Below, one piece after another: positions 26,129 through 38,170 of a DNA stretch of 64,000 bases. The notes under the pieces are model-generated. The model saw only the letters and a list, made by a program, of their open reading frames with translations. It searched no databases and was not told where the DNA came from. The translations under genes were made by a program, and so were the position numbers. Each line of letters starts with the position of its first letter. Position 1 is the stretch's first letter. Source of the stretch: Paraspadella gotoi (Eukaryota; Animalia; Chaetognatha); NCBI GenBank assembly GCA_051294375.1, contig CM119270.1, positions 17,829,710 through 17,893,709 on the forward strand. The letters run 5' to 3'.

Positions 26129-26578
26129 TTAAGTTTAAAAAATAAATGATAAAATGATTTAACCTAAATATTATGCATATATTGTGGCGGTATATTCACA
26201 CCGCCTCACGTCCACCATCGTTCAGCCAAATCCATTGGCTCAGAGGGGGAACACACAATCCCAAGCGTAGTGTTCCATCCACAGTCCTAACGACTTCCCT
26301 CTGCGTTGGCAAAGCCAGACCGTCCTAGGGTAACCGCGCCAGTGACTGGAGGTGTCACTGTGAATCGGAAGCCCCCAAAGCCAACATTGAGATGCCCCAT
26401 CCCAATTGGCATCACAGGCAACCCGGCTGTTGCCATAATATATAATGTAATAATTTTTTTTAATTAACAATTGAAAGTATCTTTAAGTAAAATAAAATTA
26501 ATTTTAAAAAAATGAGGGAAATTTTCGAAATAATTTAGTTAATAACGGTTAAGAATTAATCGTTAGGAGGATCTTCAC

Positions 26579-27097
26579 CTGAGCCTTGGGTCCGCTCAAT
26601 CCCCGGACCATTTTGCTAGAATCTCCCGCATCAAAAGGAAAGAGACAATATCGGGTAGCGTTACTCTCCACATCCTTCATCGCCAACGTCACGTTGAGGC
26701 ATTCGTCGAAGCCCCCGATAAGCTGCATGGCGCCCAAGAGGAACCCGTGACGCGGGCGTCCGAACGAGTCGAACATGTTGAGGATTCCCGGATGTTTAGT
26801 CAGGAATTTCGGGTCCAGGATCAACCCGAATAGGATAGATTCCATCACGGAATTGCAGGAGTGAGACAAGTCGGACGGCGGCGGCAGCATCGACGCCGCC
26901 AGAGACGCGGCGTCGAATCCGCTCGAGGAGAAAACGGCGCCGGCTTCAAACGCCGATACGACGGCGGCGGCGGCGTCGACCAAAGCGGCGCCGTCAAAGG
27001 CTCGAAAACCGGGAATCGGCGCGATTTGAGACGGCGCCGGCGTTGGGATGAGAAGAAGCGCGAGAAAGAGGAAGAGGGGCGGCGCCACCGGCGACAT
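26579..27097 (-). CDS. nrf-6: NRF-6/OACYL-like acyltransferase, exon 1 (signal peptide + NRF domain), clean copy
   Basis: Open 173-codon frame MSPVAPPLFLFLALLLIPTPAPS... with a hydrophobic signal peptide and the NRF-domain motif MFDSFGRP..GFLLG....GGFDECLNV...YC. It ends at ...GCTCAG|gtgaag (phase 0); ACA precedes the ATG. Family-level recognition only; orthology not established. Confidence 0.88.
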
Positions 27098-27162
27098 TGT
27101 TAGAAATACTTTTTATTTTCGTGGTTCGATTAATTTATATTTTTGAGTTATTAAGGATTAAG

Positions 27163-27170
27163 CTTATATA
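27163..27170 (-). promoter_or_regulatory. Candidate TATA box of the NRF-6-like gene
   Basis: TATATAAG on the minus strand ~70 nt upstream of the ATG, between the ATG and the MITE. The AT-rich context weakens the call. Confidence 0.3.
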
Positions 27171-27236
27171 ATTTGTGGGAATGTATTTTCTTTTCAGTGG
27201 CGGTTTGGGTCTAATGTAGGGGCGCTGAAATTATTA

Positions 27237-27879
27237 CACTGCGGCGCAAAAAAAAGTAGCCACTTGTTAGCTTTAAATACCCCACTATTTTTTTTTCATT
27301 TTAAGAAAATATTCAATTGTAATTTAAAGCCGAAACATGTACGTCCCTATGTACCAATAAAATCGTTGTTGTAAACAAATTCAAACTTCTTCTACTAATT
27401 CAAATCCAATGAAACGAAAAGAAATTCGCGATGAGAAAATATTTATAAATTTTTAAAAAGCTATCGATGGGGACAAGAAAAAAATTAATTGGTTCAGGCA
27501 GTAGAATACTGCAATACTTTAAAATCCGAGTTCGAAAACAGAATTGGGAAATGATTTTTGGAGGTTAAGTTGATGATACTTTTTTTTCTGACTGATGATT
27601 AAAAATTGTTTTTCTATATAGTTTTCTTATTTATTTTAATTTGATTTTGGTCAAAAATGCAAATTTTCATAAAGTCATTGACTCTTGTTGATTTTTTGTA
27701 CAAATCGATTTTGACGTCCTATAACTTTTGAATGCTTTACTCGATGTTATTGGGACTTGGACCAATTGCTTCATCTTTTAATAAGCTTTATTTTATGTTT
27801 ATATATCTTTAAAGAATTCATACATCCAATGCGGTTTTTTCAATGTGAAAAAGTGGCTACTTTTTTTTGCGCCGCAGTG
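27237..27879. mobile_element. Non-autonomous Tc1/mariner-type MITE, 643 bp
   Basis: Perfect 29-bp TIRs CACTGCGGCGCAAAAAAAAGTAGCCACTT (27237-27265) and its reverse complement (27851-27879), flanked by TA on both sides (27235-27236, 27880-27881). AT-rich non-coding interior. Noisy copies at ~17620-18347 and ~22063-22788. Confidence 0.88.
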
Positions 27880-27940
27880 TATTTGCGGTCACGTGAATCG
27901 CGAACGATCGAAAAGTAAAGTCGAGAAAGGTATTTTCTTT

Positions 27941-28240
27941 TTTTTTTAGTCGGATCTGCTTATCGCAGATTCCGACTCTAATTAATCTTGTCGGTTATTC
28001 ACTTACATCATGTCAGAACTATAAAGTTTCGTTGGAATCGAGAATTTGCATGAAAAAATAAACAAATATTATGCTTACTCATAAATGTTTTAATTATTTA
28101 AAATTTGATTTCTAAATCACGATAAAATTTTGCATGTGGATAGGAAAATGTCTGATTTAAAGTAGATATAAAGTTTCGACGAAATCTTGGGAGCGGAAAT
28201 GGAAAAAAAAGTAAAGTTCACTTGAAGTTGTTTTAAGTTT
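27941..28240 (+). mobile_element. Second, diverged copy of the same HINE-like family
   Basis: Same T-run plus AGTCGGATCTGCTTATC-GCAGATTCCGACTCTA..TTGTCGGT start as 12643. The internal block gatataaagtttcgacgaaatcttgggagcggaaatg (28165-28201) resembles 12862-12898, while the intervening sequence differs. Confidence 0.55.
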
Positions 28241-28264
28241 CTCTCTCTCTCGCTCTCGCTCTCG

Positions 28265-28295
<31 letters not shown>

Positions 28296-29925
28296 TCTGC
28301 AAGTTAAAACAATTATATAATTTATATATAATATAAATTATATAATATAAATTATATAATATAAATTATATAATATATATATTTATATAAGATACAAGTC
28401 GAAAAAATCAACGCGAATTTTCTCTGGCTCTCTCTCTCTCTCTCTCTCTTTCTCTCTGAGTCTCCATTCTTTGCGGACCTTGTTCAAGGATGTCTTTTCA
28501 AATTGGTTTCACGTACGATTGAAAAACCGGTCACAAAAATTGATAAAGAAACTTTCGAATATCGGCCAAAATCACGAAAGAGGGAGAGAGAGAAATGACC
28601 ACTAAAAAGTTCACGGATCACGAGGCGAATTTCTCTTCACTCTCTCTGTCTCGCTCTCCCTCTCTCTCTCTTTCTCCCATTCTATTTTACTTCCCACTGT
28701 CTCATAATTTTTTTTCTTCACAACGTCTTTATTCTCTTCCCCTTTTTTTCCCTTTTTTTCCTTTTCATTTTTTTCTTTTTTTTCTTTTTTCCTTTCTTCC
28801 TTTCTTTTTTTTTCCCTTTTTTATCCCCAGACAAAATGTTTCCGCTCCTCTCCGTTACAAATCATTTTCTCCCTGAGGAAAACCGCCTTTTATGGAATCT
28901 TTGTATGAAAGGCTGAGACCCGAANNNNNNNNNNNNNNNNNNNNNNNNNNNNNNNNNNNNNNNNNNNNNNNNNNNNNNNNNNNNNNNNNNNNNNNNNNNN
29001 NNNNNNNNNNNNNNNNNNNNNNNNNNNNNNNNNNNNNNNNNNNNNNNNNNNNNNNNNNNNNNNNNNNNNNNNNNNNNNNNNNNNNNNNNNNNNNNNNNNN
29101 NNNNNNNNNNNNNNNNNNNNNNNNNNNNNNNNNNNNNNNNNNNNNNNNNNNNNNNNNNNNNNNNNNNNNNNNNNNNNNNNNNNNNNNNNNNNNNNNNNNN
29201 NNNNNNNNNNNAAAGAAAGAAAGAAAGAAAGAAAGAAAGACAAAAAAGAAAGTAAGAAAGGTAACTGGTAAACCAGAAAAATGAAGAACGGCATCAGACG
29301 GAGGAAGCGAAGAAGGAAGGAGAAAAATTACGCGGGAAATAAAAGAGAAAAGAGAAAAGAAAAAAAGAAAAACCGAAGAAATGATTGAAAGAATTAATCA
29401 AACAAAATCCGAGATTCGCTCGCGCTGAAAAAAAAATAACCAATTAAAAAAGCGTTCTTTCGACGACTGATGACGTGAGAGACCGAACACTCAAAAGCAC
29501 GAACAAAACATTGGCAAAACGGTCGTGTATATAGATAAACACTACTCACTCACGAATATATATCCAGACACTCACGAGCACGTGCACGAAATAAAACCTA
29601 CTGGGAAAAATGATGAATTTTGAATTTCCTGTACTTCTGGAGATGCTATTAATTTAAAAAAAATTTCTATAAGACAGTTTTGCTGAATGTTAAATAGCGT
29701 ATTTGATATATTATAAAGTGGATGAATTCGACTGATATTTGTCTGAGCGGCAGACGTCAGAACTGCGGATCTTCAGATGTTAAAAAAAAAAGTTTGGCCG
29801 TTGGTCAAATCCGGAGCCATGAGCGGAGTTTATTGCAGTTAAAGGTCAGGGAAGAGTAAGACGAGACGAGAGAGGGAGAGAGAAGAGAGAGGGAGAGAGA
29901 GAGAGAGAAGAGAGGGAGAGAGAGA

Positions 29926-29964
<39 letters not shown>

Positions 29965-30480
29965 AAGAGAGAAGAGAGAGAGAGAAGAGAGAGATAGGGG
30001 GAAGGAAAAAATGACGAGAGGAGAGAGTGCCAGAGAGAGGGGAAAGAGTGAGGAGAGAGAGAGGGGAATGGAAGTTGCGGTTGCTCATAATTTACAAGAA
30101 CGACGCACCCTCATTCATCAACGTCGACGCGAGAGGAAGAGGAGGAGGAGGAGGAAGAGGAGGAGGAGGAAGAGAAGGAGGAGGGGAAACCAGCAACAAA
30201 ATCCATGAGGAGATTAACGAAAAAAGAGAGAGAGAAAAAAAATGGAGTGACAGAATTTTCCAAAGCGAAAACAGTGGTGACGAAACAGTTAAAAACATGT
30301 TTTTTTCTAATGAACCTCTTGGATTTTTGTATTTTTGTTTTGTTTTCTTTGGCACTTCTTTTTGTTTTATAATTTATCAAGTTGTTGAGTTCATTACTAC
30401 TAAATTACATCATTAAAAAATAAGCAATTCTCTTTAGAATATTCATTTTACTTCGAGATCCTTTGGTCTCTCCTCTCTCT

Positions 30481-30551
<71 letters not shown>

Positions 30552-32250
30552 ACCTCTCTTTTCCCTTCCTTCACTCCATCTCTTTTTCTTTCATTCTATT
30601 TCAGTTAGGATCCAGAATAATCAGAGAATATCAAGTTTGTTTGAGTAAGTTTTTAATCTCAGCTGCTTTTTTTTGACCCCCCCTTCCGAATCTTCTACTA
30701 CAAACTCGTATTTTTTTTTTTTTTTTTACAAGTCAACGTCATTTTCTCGATTTCTCAGCCGGAGAAGCTTTTTCTCGTTCAATCTCGTTTAGTTTTTTGT
30801 TGTTTTTTTTTATCTCTGCGTTTCCATGGTGATCCTTCTCAATCTCCTTCTTTCCTTTTCTCCCATTCAATCTTTTTCATATTTACTTTACTGTCTTCTT
30901 TCCTTCCTTTCCTCCTCCTTCCTTCCTTCTTCCTCATCCTTTCCTTCCTTTCCTTCCTTTCCTTCCTTTCCTTCCTTCCTTTCCATTCCTTTCCTCCTTC
31001 CTTTCCTCTTTCCTTCCTTTCCTTCCTTTCTTCCTTTCCTTTCCTTTCCTTTCCTTTCTTTCTTTTCCTTTCCTTCCTTCCTTTTTTTTCCTTTCTCCCA
31101 TTTCTTCCTTTCCTTTCCTTCCTTCCTTTCCTTTCCTTTCTTTTCCTTCCTTTCCTCCCATTCCTTCCTTTCCTTCCCTTCCTCCCTTTTCCTCCTTTTC
31201 CATCTTGACCCGGACCCCATAATTTTTTCGTTCGCATCTTCGGGAGACACGAGCTTCCGCTTTCTGCGATTACATCTGCGATTCTTAATCTGCGAATATT
31301 TATGAAGACAATTGCGGATTCGGTGGTTTTTCGCTTCGACTCGGGGATCCGAGAGAGTTGTCGCCATCTTGAACAACTCGAACAGTGAGAGACAGAGAAG
31401 ACAGTAACAACAGTGTAATTAATATCAACGTTAACACAATAACAAAATAACAACAACGAGGACAACAATAATTAGAAAAAAAGGGAAAAAAAGAAAAAGA
31501 AAAATAAAAACGTTTAAACCATAAGCACAAATACAGTAATAACATTATCGCAAACCACAACAAAAAAGAAGTACTTGTAGTATAACAATGACCAAATAGA
31601 TTTCAAGGAAAATCGTAAAAGGGACGAAAGACAAAGGACGAAGGACAAAGTTGAAAGGAGCAAAGGACAACCGACAAATTATGAACGAGATAAGACTGTT
31701 AAGACACGGCGAACGACGAAAGGCGCACGACGAAAGGCAAACGACGAACGACGAACGATGAACAGCGAACAAAGAACCACGTACCACGAACCATGAACCA
31801 CGAACGACGAAAGCGATGAAGGACGAACGACAAACTACGAACGACGAACGACAAATGATGAACTATGAATGACGAATGACGAACAGCAAACAACGAACAA
31901 CGAACAACGAACCACGAACAACTAACGATGAACGAGGAAAGCGACGAAGGACGAATGCAACCAACGGCAACGAGCAACGTTTTTCATTCCCATAATTGGT
32001 TCCATCTTCGGCAGAGTTCGTCGTCGTCCCTCAGGGTCGTTGTTGTTGTTGTCGTCGTTGTTGTCAATGTCGTCGATGTCGTAGGTATTGAAGCCTTCTT
32101 AAAATCTTCTTTGTTAGTTGGCGTAAATGTCGTCTTTTTTTGACGTCAAAGACGTCACACTCAATGGAGGCGACGGCAATGACGATGACATCTTTGTCAT
32201 CAGCATCCCAGTCGTTTTCCGAGTACTGGTCATCGTCACCGTCGTTGTCT

Positions 32251-32282
<32 letters not shown>

Positions 32283-32807
32283 GTCGTCGTCGTGGTCAAG
32301 GGTCGAGACAGAGAGAAAGTGACGAAGAATTTCTCCGCCATTTTCGTGATTGAAGGGTCTTAGGATTTGCTTGAGCTCAAAAGGAGAGGGGACGGGGTGT
32401 GAAAGAGGATGGAGGGTGAGGGGCGGTGAAAGGGGGAAGTGAAAAGGTGGTGAGACTGGGAGATGTGAAGAATAAAATAAAAGGAGCGTGAAAGGTGAAA
32501 ATAAGTAATAACAAAGAGGAAAGAAGGAAAAGGAAAAAAAAGAGGAAAATAAAAGTGAAAAAAAAAAAGTGAAAATCGTTTTGAAGATGGAAAACGGAAA
32601 AAGATGAGGAGGAATAAAATTTGAGTGAGAAGCGGACAAGGAAGGATGGAAGCGGACAAAGGAGGAAGGAAGCGGACAATGGAAGAGAAGTGGAGAGAGG
32701 AGGAGAGAAGTAAAGAAACGAGAAGAGAATAGAAAAAAAAAAAAGAAAAGTGAAGATAATCAAAAAAATGAAATGAATGGGGGAGAAAGGAATGGGTATA
32801 GAAGTAA

Positions 32808-32951
32808 AAGCTGAGAAGCGAAAGCTAAGAAGCGAAAGTAGAGAAGCAAAATCTGAGAAGCAAAAGCTGAGAAGCGAAATCTTAGAAGCTAAAGCTGAGA
32901 ACCGAGAGTAGAGAAGCGAAAACTGAGAAGCGGAAGCTGAGAAGCGAAAGC
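32808..32951. repeat. 14-bp minisatellite (agctgagaagcgaa)n
   Basis: About 10 degenerate copies. Confidence 0.75.
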
Positions 32952-33593
32952 CGTGTAGCGTTTCTGAGTTGAAAGCTGCGGCCGTCGGCGTCGAAAGAAA
33001 GTGACATCTAATTATCGCGAGGAACCGTCGAGAGGGAGAAAGAATGAAGCGGAGGTAAGGTTTGGGAAGCGGGGAGAGGTAAGGTGAGGTGAGGAAGAGG
33101 AGGAGGAGAATGAGGAAAAGGAAGAGGAGAACGAGGAAGAGGAAGAGGAGAACGAGGAAGAGGAGATAAGTAGGAGAAACTACGAGAGTAAGAGAAATGA
33201 CCGAGAGAAATCGCAGAAGAAAATCTGAGCAACAAGTAGGGTAAGGGTTATGGATAGAGATAGGGTTAGGGTAAGTGTCGATCCGAGAGAAGGAATGAGA
33301 AGTTCATAGGAGCGAGAATATTTGAGAATAGGAACTTTTGTTAATAGAAAATCATAGAGTTACATCGCTGGAGCTAAATTTATCTGGAGTTTTTACGACG
33401 ACTTTTAACGACGAAAACCTTTTAATGGAGCCTCGACTTCAATGGCTTAGGTCGCAGTTGCAAAATCATTTTCTCTCTTCAAGCTATCGATGCGATCGGC
33501 CACGAGTCACGCCCACAATCGGGGCGTCACCAACAGACGAACGTGGTTATTATTGCGCGTCACATTTCGCAAATCGATTTGTCTCTCGGTCGC

Positions 33594-33635
<42 letters not shown>

Positions 33636-33823
33636 AGTCGCTGACGTTGTTTGAGGTTTTCGATGGCAAGAGGGTGATGATGTGACGGCGATGTCAGGAG
33701 AAAGATCATGATATCACGGTGATGTGATGCGGTTTATTTTCATTATCTGTGTCATTTCAGTGTCACCAGTAGTAAAAGTACAATACTTATTAAATTTCTC
33801 ATAAACCCCCCACTTTTGACGCT

Positions 33824-33865
<42 letters not shown>

Positions 33866-33898
33866 CATCTCTCTCTCTCCTCTCTCTCTCTTCTCTCT

Positions 33899-33934
<36 letters not shown>

Positions 33935-36889
33935 CTCCTTTTTCTCTGCTAATATTTTACGATAACCGATTCAACTTTAAATGTCATACTATCTAAATAT
34001 CAAATATACTAATCACAGGTTTTTTTCTCTTCTCCCTCACATTCTTTCCTTTTTTATTGCAATCATCTCGGATTTCTTCAAGGTATGTCTAAATATACAC
34101 GTTATCACATACATACATATTTTTATTTGAATCCCCCAACCGAACCCATTCTTGGAAATCCTCCTCGCCATCCAATATATTTCCACCAATTCCACAATTT
34201 CCATAACGCTCTGATACCATTTCATGTCATTAAACTGCTACAGATTACAAATACAGTGCGATGGATAATTACGGTGAGTGTCGTGGGTGTCCACACTGTA
34301 ACGGCAAAGGTGCCTAAACTGTAAATCTAAACATAGCGTAGATTTTATTTTTTTCTTACTTTTAATCCACTCATCTAAGCAAAAATAAAAGTTTAAATTA
34401 GTCATAATAAGTCGAAAAACGTTTTAAAAACGAAATCATGCACAATTAATGAGAATAAAAAGAAAAAAATACTTTTCAAATTTAACGTAGATTTTAGGAT
34501 TTTTTTTTTTTTAACAATTCGCTTTTAACTTTCTTAATCGACAAACATATCTTTGCTTAAAATAAACATTTTTTTACTTAAAAACTCAAAAAAAAAGGGA
34601 CTCGTTCCTGGAGATGCTTCAACAGACTGATAGGTAAGGCTCGAGAGACTTTCAGGTAAGGCTCGATCCAATAACTTACCAACCCGTATTTCCTTTTTCG
34701 TCACGTGACAATAAAGTTGGGTCGGGTCATGGCTAAATTAGAGCCGCGTCGATAAAAAATTTGCCCCCCAAAATACTTTTCATCCGAGCAAAAGTTTTAC
34801 CCGGCTGGGGGGACAACTTTTTTTCGACAGTTCCGTATCATATCTTGAGAGATATATACGTCAATATATTTAAATACATATATAACTATAGAGTCCAAGT
34901 GCGAACCGTAATTTCAGTCTAAAAAAAAACTCCGCTATTACTAAGATGAGACGTCGCTTATTTAAAATTTGTAGTTCTTGTTTTGGTTTTTTTTTTTTTT
35001 TAGATTTAGAATCAGGAACTAACACGTCTCAAATATATACATAGTCTAACCAAAAACCAAATATAAAATCCGTAAACACCGATAAAAAAAAAAACAACAT
35101 CAAACGCAATATTAGTCTCCTTTCAATTAACATTTCTGACGCAAAAACGAAAAATAAAAAAAAACCTTAAGTTGATTAACACAAAATATGTTTAGGGTCG
35201 AAAGGAAATTTAACACGCAGCCGAATTTCGCGCTAAAATTACTATATAACGAGCGACGCGAATTATTAACTAATAGAGATTGCGTAAAAAAAATACTAAT
35301 TTTTTTTTACGTAAATACAAATATTGTGTCAATACAATAATTTCTAAAAAAATTTATTGAACACAATTTTTGCGCTTTGGCATTAAGAAAACGCGTAACG
35401 TTGCTAATATCGTTGTGCAAATTTTGAAACATTTTAAAACTAACTTAACAAACGCAACTACGAATATGGATGTTCAAAGTGCTACCTACATTACGCTGAA
35501 CCAACAACATCAAGCTTTTTACGATAATGTAGTCATTATATTTAAAGTTTAGTATTAATCAAATCAATGTATTTCTCGTGGTCAAAAAATAGAAATATAA
35601 CTGTATTTCAATATTTAAGTCTTTTGTTTTTCGCTGAGAATCCGAATATTTTTCGCCAGATGGCAGAAAAGCCCGTTTCTCTTTAACAAAAAACAACAAA
35701 ACAGCAACCTCCTGCTCTTTAATAAACTTTATGGTTCTTTTTCAATATAATAATAATAAATATTTAAATTCTTATACATGCAGTAAAGTGAAAAATTACT
35801 TAGAGTTTTTCCAAAATTACTCGAAAGTTAAAATAAATTTCCCTTTATTTTTGTTTAAAGTACAACCAATCATTGAGAGTTATAATTCGGATAATTTATA
35901 AATTCTAATACGAAACAAAACCCATAACGAACTAAAAACAAAACTAGAATTTGATTATTAATATTAAACTTTAAAGCGTGCCCTCGTCCCAAGATGAGCA
36001 GGGGAACCAATTAAAGTTTGATCATTATTATATACGGATTTTTTTTACTTTACTTCAGCTTAATATTTTAGATATTTTTTTTAAAATAACATTACATTTT
36101 AAATACAGCAAAAATAGGCACTTTGCTTAAAATTTAAGGTGGATATTCGGTTCGAAAAGATCAAATGCTTCATTCGAATCGTCACTCGCGTTTGTTTAGT
36201 TTTAAGTTTCACCAAAGTTCACTCAGTGACATCGGTTTCCATTACAGTTTTTTTTTTTTTTTTTGTTGTTGTTGTGATTTTGTTTTCAGCGAAAGAGAAA
36301 TTCGCCTCGTCAGCCGCCGCAACAGCACCAGCCGCCGCAGCCGCCCCCAGGCCGCCGCAGCCGCCGAAACCGCGAAATCCTTTTTTTTTTTTCAATTTCC
36401 TTCGAACTCATTTGCATAATTTCTCTGCCCATCAAAGAAATTCTTCGGCCCGATTTTCTTCCGCTGTTCACTTTGTGCGAATCTATTCACTGAAATATCT
36501 TCTAATCCTTTAATCACTTTCATTTGAATGAAGACTTTGGATTTGCTGTGAATGCTATTTGTAGATACAAGATATCAATGGAGAATGTCACCATCGTATT
36601 GAACGTCTGATTGTATATGCTGTGATTAATAATGACATTGTATGTATCAATTGCTTACATTTAATATTTGACGTTTTTAAAATTTAAAAAAAAATGTAGA
36701 TACGTAAACAAATTAAAAAGATATCTTCCTACCACCGATTTAACTTTTCAAGAACTCATCGACGATAAAACTATTATTTATAACAATCGAAAGAATTAAT
36801 ATTATTACCTTAAAAACTTATTTCTTAAATCTAAAACGCCATAATTCATAATCGAATGAACCAAATGTGATCCCCAATGACAACTCTCC

Positions 36890-37178
36890 AACGCTCATCC
36901 CCTCTTCTCCTTCTAATCATCTGATCCCCTCTCAAACCCCCCATCTCCTCATCATCTGATCCCCTCTCTGACCTCCCATCTCTTAATCATCTGATCGCCT
37001 CTCTGACATCTCATCTCCTGATCATCTGATCCCCTGTCTGACCTCCCATCTCCTGATCATCTGATCCCCTCTCTAGCCTTCCATCTCCTGATCATCTGAT
37101 CCCTTTCCGACCTCCCATCTCATCATCATCTGATCCCCTCTTCGACCTCCCATCACCTCATAAACTAATCCCCTCTCC
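36890..37178. repeat. 35-bp minisatellite (continues inverted at ~44300-44975 and forward at 44977-45070)
   Basis: tcatctgatc recurs at 36917, 36952, 36987, 37022 and onward. Confidence 0.85.
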
Positions 37179-38111
37179 NNNNNNNNNNNNNNNNNNNNNN
37201 NNNAAGAAGAGATGAATCGACACCACACAGCCATTACAGTCACACAGCTACACAGCACCACACAGCCCACTTTTTTCCCAAAGCCCAAAAACCAAAAAAA
37301 CCCCTAACCACACCAGCCCCCCGCCCCATACAAAAAGCCCACCTCAAGGCCCCCCCCACAAAACGCCACCAGCCCACAAAACCCACACAGCCCACACATC
37401 CCACAAAGCCACACAGCCCAAACAGCCCACAAAATCCACAAAACCTACACAGCCCTCAGCCTAAACAGCCCAGCACAGGCCCACACACACCAACAGCCCA
37501 CACAGCCCACACACACCACAGGCTGCGAGGATTCGACGAACGATCCTCCCTTCAATTTTTAATCCTCAGGATTTCCAAAAGACTTTTTCTTCTTCATGAA
37601 ACAAGAAAGAAAAAACAACTTATCTTTGAGAAAAGACTTGTTTTGTTTTTCCTTCTCAAATCAGTTCCGCTTCGTTTTTTCGCGCCAGCGTGTCGATTGA
37701 TCCGAAGGGTCCCTTAGCGTCTCTCTCTCCCATCTTGTTCGCGTAAAATGCAACCATAGATGCGAGGGGCTGACGCTCAGTGACGATATGGGAGTTTCGC
37801 GTCGTCGTCGACGATATTTCACCGGAAATGGGGATTAAATGGGGATTAAATGGGGATTAAGATGGGAAATCAGCAATTATCTATTTGCTTGCACACTGAT
37901 TGTCGTCGCTGATTGGCGCGCTGATTGGTCGAGTGGATTGGAGCTGCGGAATTTGTAACCGTTGTTAACGAAAATCATTAAATCATTAAATCTCTTTCTT
38001 TCCATTTTCCTTTGCCTCCTTTTTCCTTTTTTTTATATATCTTTTTCGACACTTCTCTTTATCACTACATTTTCTCTCTCTCTCTCATCTCTCTCCCTTC
38101 TCTCTCCTCTC

Positions 38112-38170
<59 letters not shown>

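Larger units (their letters stand above)
23890..28685 (-). repeat. Copy C of the NRF-6-like 5' half (noisy exon 3 ~24358-24645, noisy exon 2 ~25143-25898, clean exon 1, upstream region)
   Basis: Collinear with ~14250-19251; insertion-rich before the 25-N gap at 26068-26092 and much cleaner after it. Confidence 0.88.

Noticed and set aside
30888-31376. Minus-strand ORF MFKMATTLSDPRVEAK... with a YY1-like CAAGATGGCG motif
   Set aside because: Two-thirds is (GGAAA)n repeat, and there is no donor site or homology. It could be a 5' region but is unsupported.
34748-34828. Imperfect ~22-bp inverted repeat as a mini-MITE
   Set aside because: Several mismatches, driven by homopolymer runs, and no target-site duplication.
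36890-37178. CRISPR-like array (also 2581-2716, 11240-11402, 53366-53549)
   Set aside because: Head-to-tail minisatellites without unique spacers; eukaryotic context; no cas genes.
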